In this document: positions 62,572 through 64,000 of the stretch, piece after piece
Position numbering within the stretch: position 1 is the first letter of the stretch
Layout of the letters: each line of letters opens with the position of its first letter
Source: Candidatus Methanoperedenaceae archaeon
Lineage (GTDB): Archaea; Halobacteriota; Methanosarcinia; Methanosarcinales; Methanoperedenaceae
Direction: 5' to 3'
NCBI GenBank assembly: GCA_963753595.1
Contig: CAVWCX010000007.1
Location: 64,001-128,000 of the forward strand
DNA length: 64,000 nt
The notes under the pieces: model-generated
What the model saw: the letters and a program-made list of their open reading frames with translations, nothing else
Told to the model about the DNA's origin: nothing
Database searches by the model: none
Made by a program: the position numbers and the translations under genes

Positions 62572-62973
62572 ATGATTCTTGATTACAAAGATATTGCAGA
62601 CTATATCATTAATAATTACAAGAATAAAGTCGTGGAAGTGGGAGTCGGAAGCCTTCCCCAGGTCGCTCTTCTCCTGAAGGATAAATTGGACGTAGTTGTC
62701 ACGGATATCAATGAGCAGAAGTATGCGGGAGTAAGATTTTGCAGGGATGATATCTTCAAACCTGATATGGGAATATACAGGAATGCATCCCTTATTTATG
62801 CTATCAGGCCTCCCATTGACCTCCAGGATGCGATCGCGGCGATTGCCAGGGAAGTTGAGGCTGACCTTATCATTCGTCCATTCGGGAGCGAAAAAGCTGA
62901 TTTGATAAAATATTTTAAAGAATATTCTCTTGTGAATTATAAAAAGGCAAGATTTTATTTGTACAGGTCTTAG
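62572..62973 (+). CDS. UPF0146-family protein
   Basis: KVVEVGVG, DDIFKP and LIYAIRPP motifs. Confidence 0.88.
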   Translation: MILDYKDIADYIINNYKNKVVEVGVGSLPQVALLLKDKLDVVVTDINEQKYAGVRFCRDDIFKPDMGIYRNASLIYAIRPPIDLQDAIAAIAREVEADLIIRPFGSEKADLIKYFKEYSLVNYKKARFYLYRS

Positions 62974-63015
62974 GTTTTAATCGTTTTTTGAAGGTCTTAA
63001 AAAGAAGTTTGCTTG

Positions 63016-63813
63016 CTAATTCTTTCTTACTTTAAAAACATATATTATTACTATAAATACAATCCCGATCCCGATAATATTCCAGTTTCTTATTTTATTA
63101 GAAATACCAGATGCCGGTTTTGTAATATTTTCATTTAATCCAGGAGAAGAATTTTCGGTTATATTGCCCTCAGGAGCAGTTTCTTTGTATGATTCATTCT
63201 TTGTTATATTGATCGTTATTTCTCCCCTTTTATCAGATAAATTAGAGAAAAAACCTGTGACCTCAGCATGCGAATCGATATTTTTATTTTCAATATTCAT
63301 GCCTGAAATATCCACAATATCGATACCCTGTGGCAGAATTATTGTTACGGGGGATTTTGGTTCTCCGAGGAACCAGATGCTACTGCCGTTATAAATACTA
63401 TCGTTCAGCCTGTAATGTACGTTATACCTGTTCTCGATCGTATCCGGAGTATGGGTATTTCCAATGATGGCCTGCGATAATGAAGAATCAACATCCATCA
63501 TTTCTATACCCGAAGTCTCATTATTTATCCTGATATCAAGTTCATTTTCTATAGAGCTTTTGAACCTTTGGCGCGATTCCTGATCCGCTTTAAGGACTTC
63601 CCATGCATTAACAAAACTGTCATTATCCCCGATCCCCGTGTCAATGCTTATCTTATATCCTATGGAATCCATGCCTGTATAAATCTCGGTGTAACCCCAT
63701 GTGATATTATATTTGTCTACGGTTATATTATTTATCCATTGGGTTTGCGCGCCAGCCATATCTGTTAACGTAAAAAGAAGAAATATGGATAAAAATAACC
63801 GCAATATTTTCAT
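63016..63813 (-). CDS. Secreted, membrane-anchored hypothetical protein
   Basis: Signal peptide; C-terminal TM followed by basic tail. Confidence 0.75.
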   Translation of the reverse strand: MKILRLFLSIFLLFTLTDMAGAQTQWINNITVDKYNITWGYTEIYTGMDSIGYKISIDTGIGDNDSFVNAWEVLKADQESRQRFKSSIENELDIRINNETSGIEMMDVDSSLSQAIIGNTHTPDTIENRYNVHYRLNDSIYNGSSIWFLGEPKSPVTIILPQGIDIVDISGMNIENKNIDSHAEVTGFFSNLSDKRGEITINITKNESYKETAPEGNITENSSPGLNENITKPASGISNKIRNWNIIGIGIVFIVIIYVFKVRKN

Positions 63814-64000
63814 CTGGTGATTACCTCACATCCATCCGTTGTTACTATGATCGTATGTTCAGCCTGGGAAATAAGGCCGCCCTGGATCTCCTTAAGTATC
63901 GGGTATGGCCTGATAATATTTGCTTTGGCAAGAGCAAGCATTGCAAAATCCACACGCTCACCGAGCCATCGTTTCGCAAATGGGAGCGTCTTATATTTCT
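63810..64000 (-). CDS. map: Methionine aminopeptidase type II (3' end only)
   Basis: Hand translation: KTLPFAKRWL...YPILKE...ISQAEHTIIVT.DGCEVITR. Confidence 0.9.
   Translation of the reverse strand, partial: KYKTLPFAKRWLGERVDFAMLALAKANIIRPYPILKEIQGGLISQAEHTIIVTTDGCEVITR

Noticed and set aside
651-63768. Many antisense or overlapping ORFs in the track (e.g. 7038-7670, 23427-24089, 44054-44767, 47035-47733)
   Set aside because: They are shadow frames of well-supported genes and show no recognisable motifs.

Overview
Archaeal chromosome segment from a Methanosarcinales genome. Gene content suggests Ca. Methanoperedens/ANME-2d, but that is inference. Left half (1-34.2 kb) is mostly housekeeping: cdhA-cdhB-cdhC, uvrB, gltX, thg1, rnhB, SAMP/moeA, mfnB, a bacterial-type speA, aroA and an intron-containing tRNA(CAT). 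It also carries four toxin-antitoxin pairs, a PGF-CTERM surface protein and a 291-bp duplicated gltX 3' end flanking one TA pair. Just past the tRNA, 34.6-61.2 kb is a 16-gene, minus-strand contractile injection system (eCIS/PVC/Afp-like). It encodes sheath, tube, chaperone, DUF4255 cap, AAA ATPase, a DUF4157 polymorphic toxin with no adjacent immunity gene, LysM, hub, spike, PAAR-like tip, gp25, two baseplate-J-like proteins and a DUF6519 fibre. The most unusual signal is a diverged ~86-aa domain (Y-x-F-S/N-W...L-N-I/V-Y) inserted in frame three times into its structural proteins, alongside a PA14 insert and a duplicated sheath domain. Several single-base frameshifts may be sequencing errors. 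All family calls come from motif recognition by eye; no searches were run.
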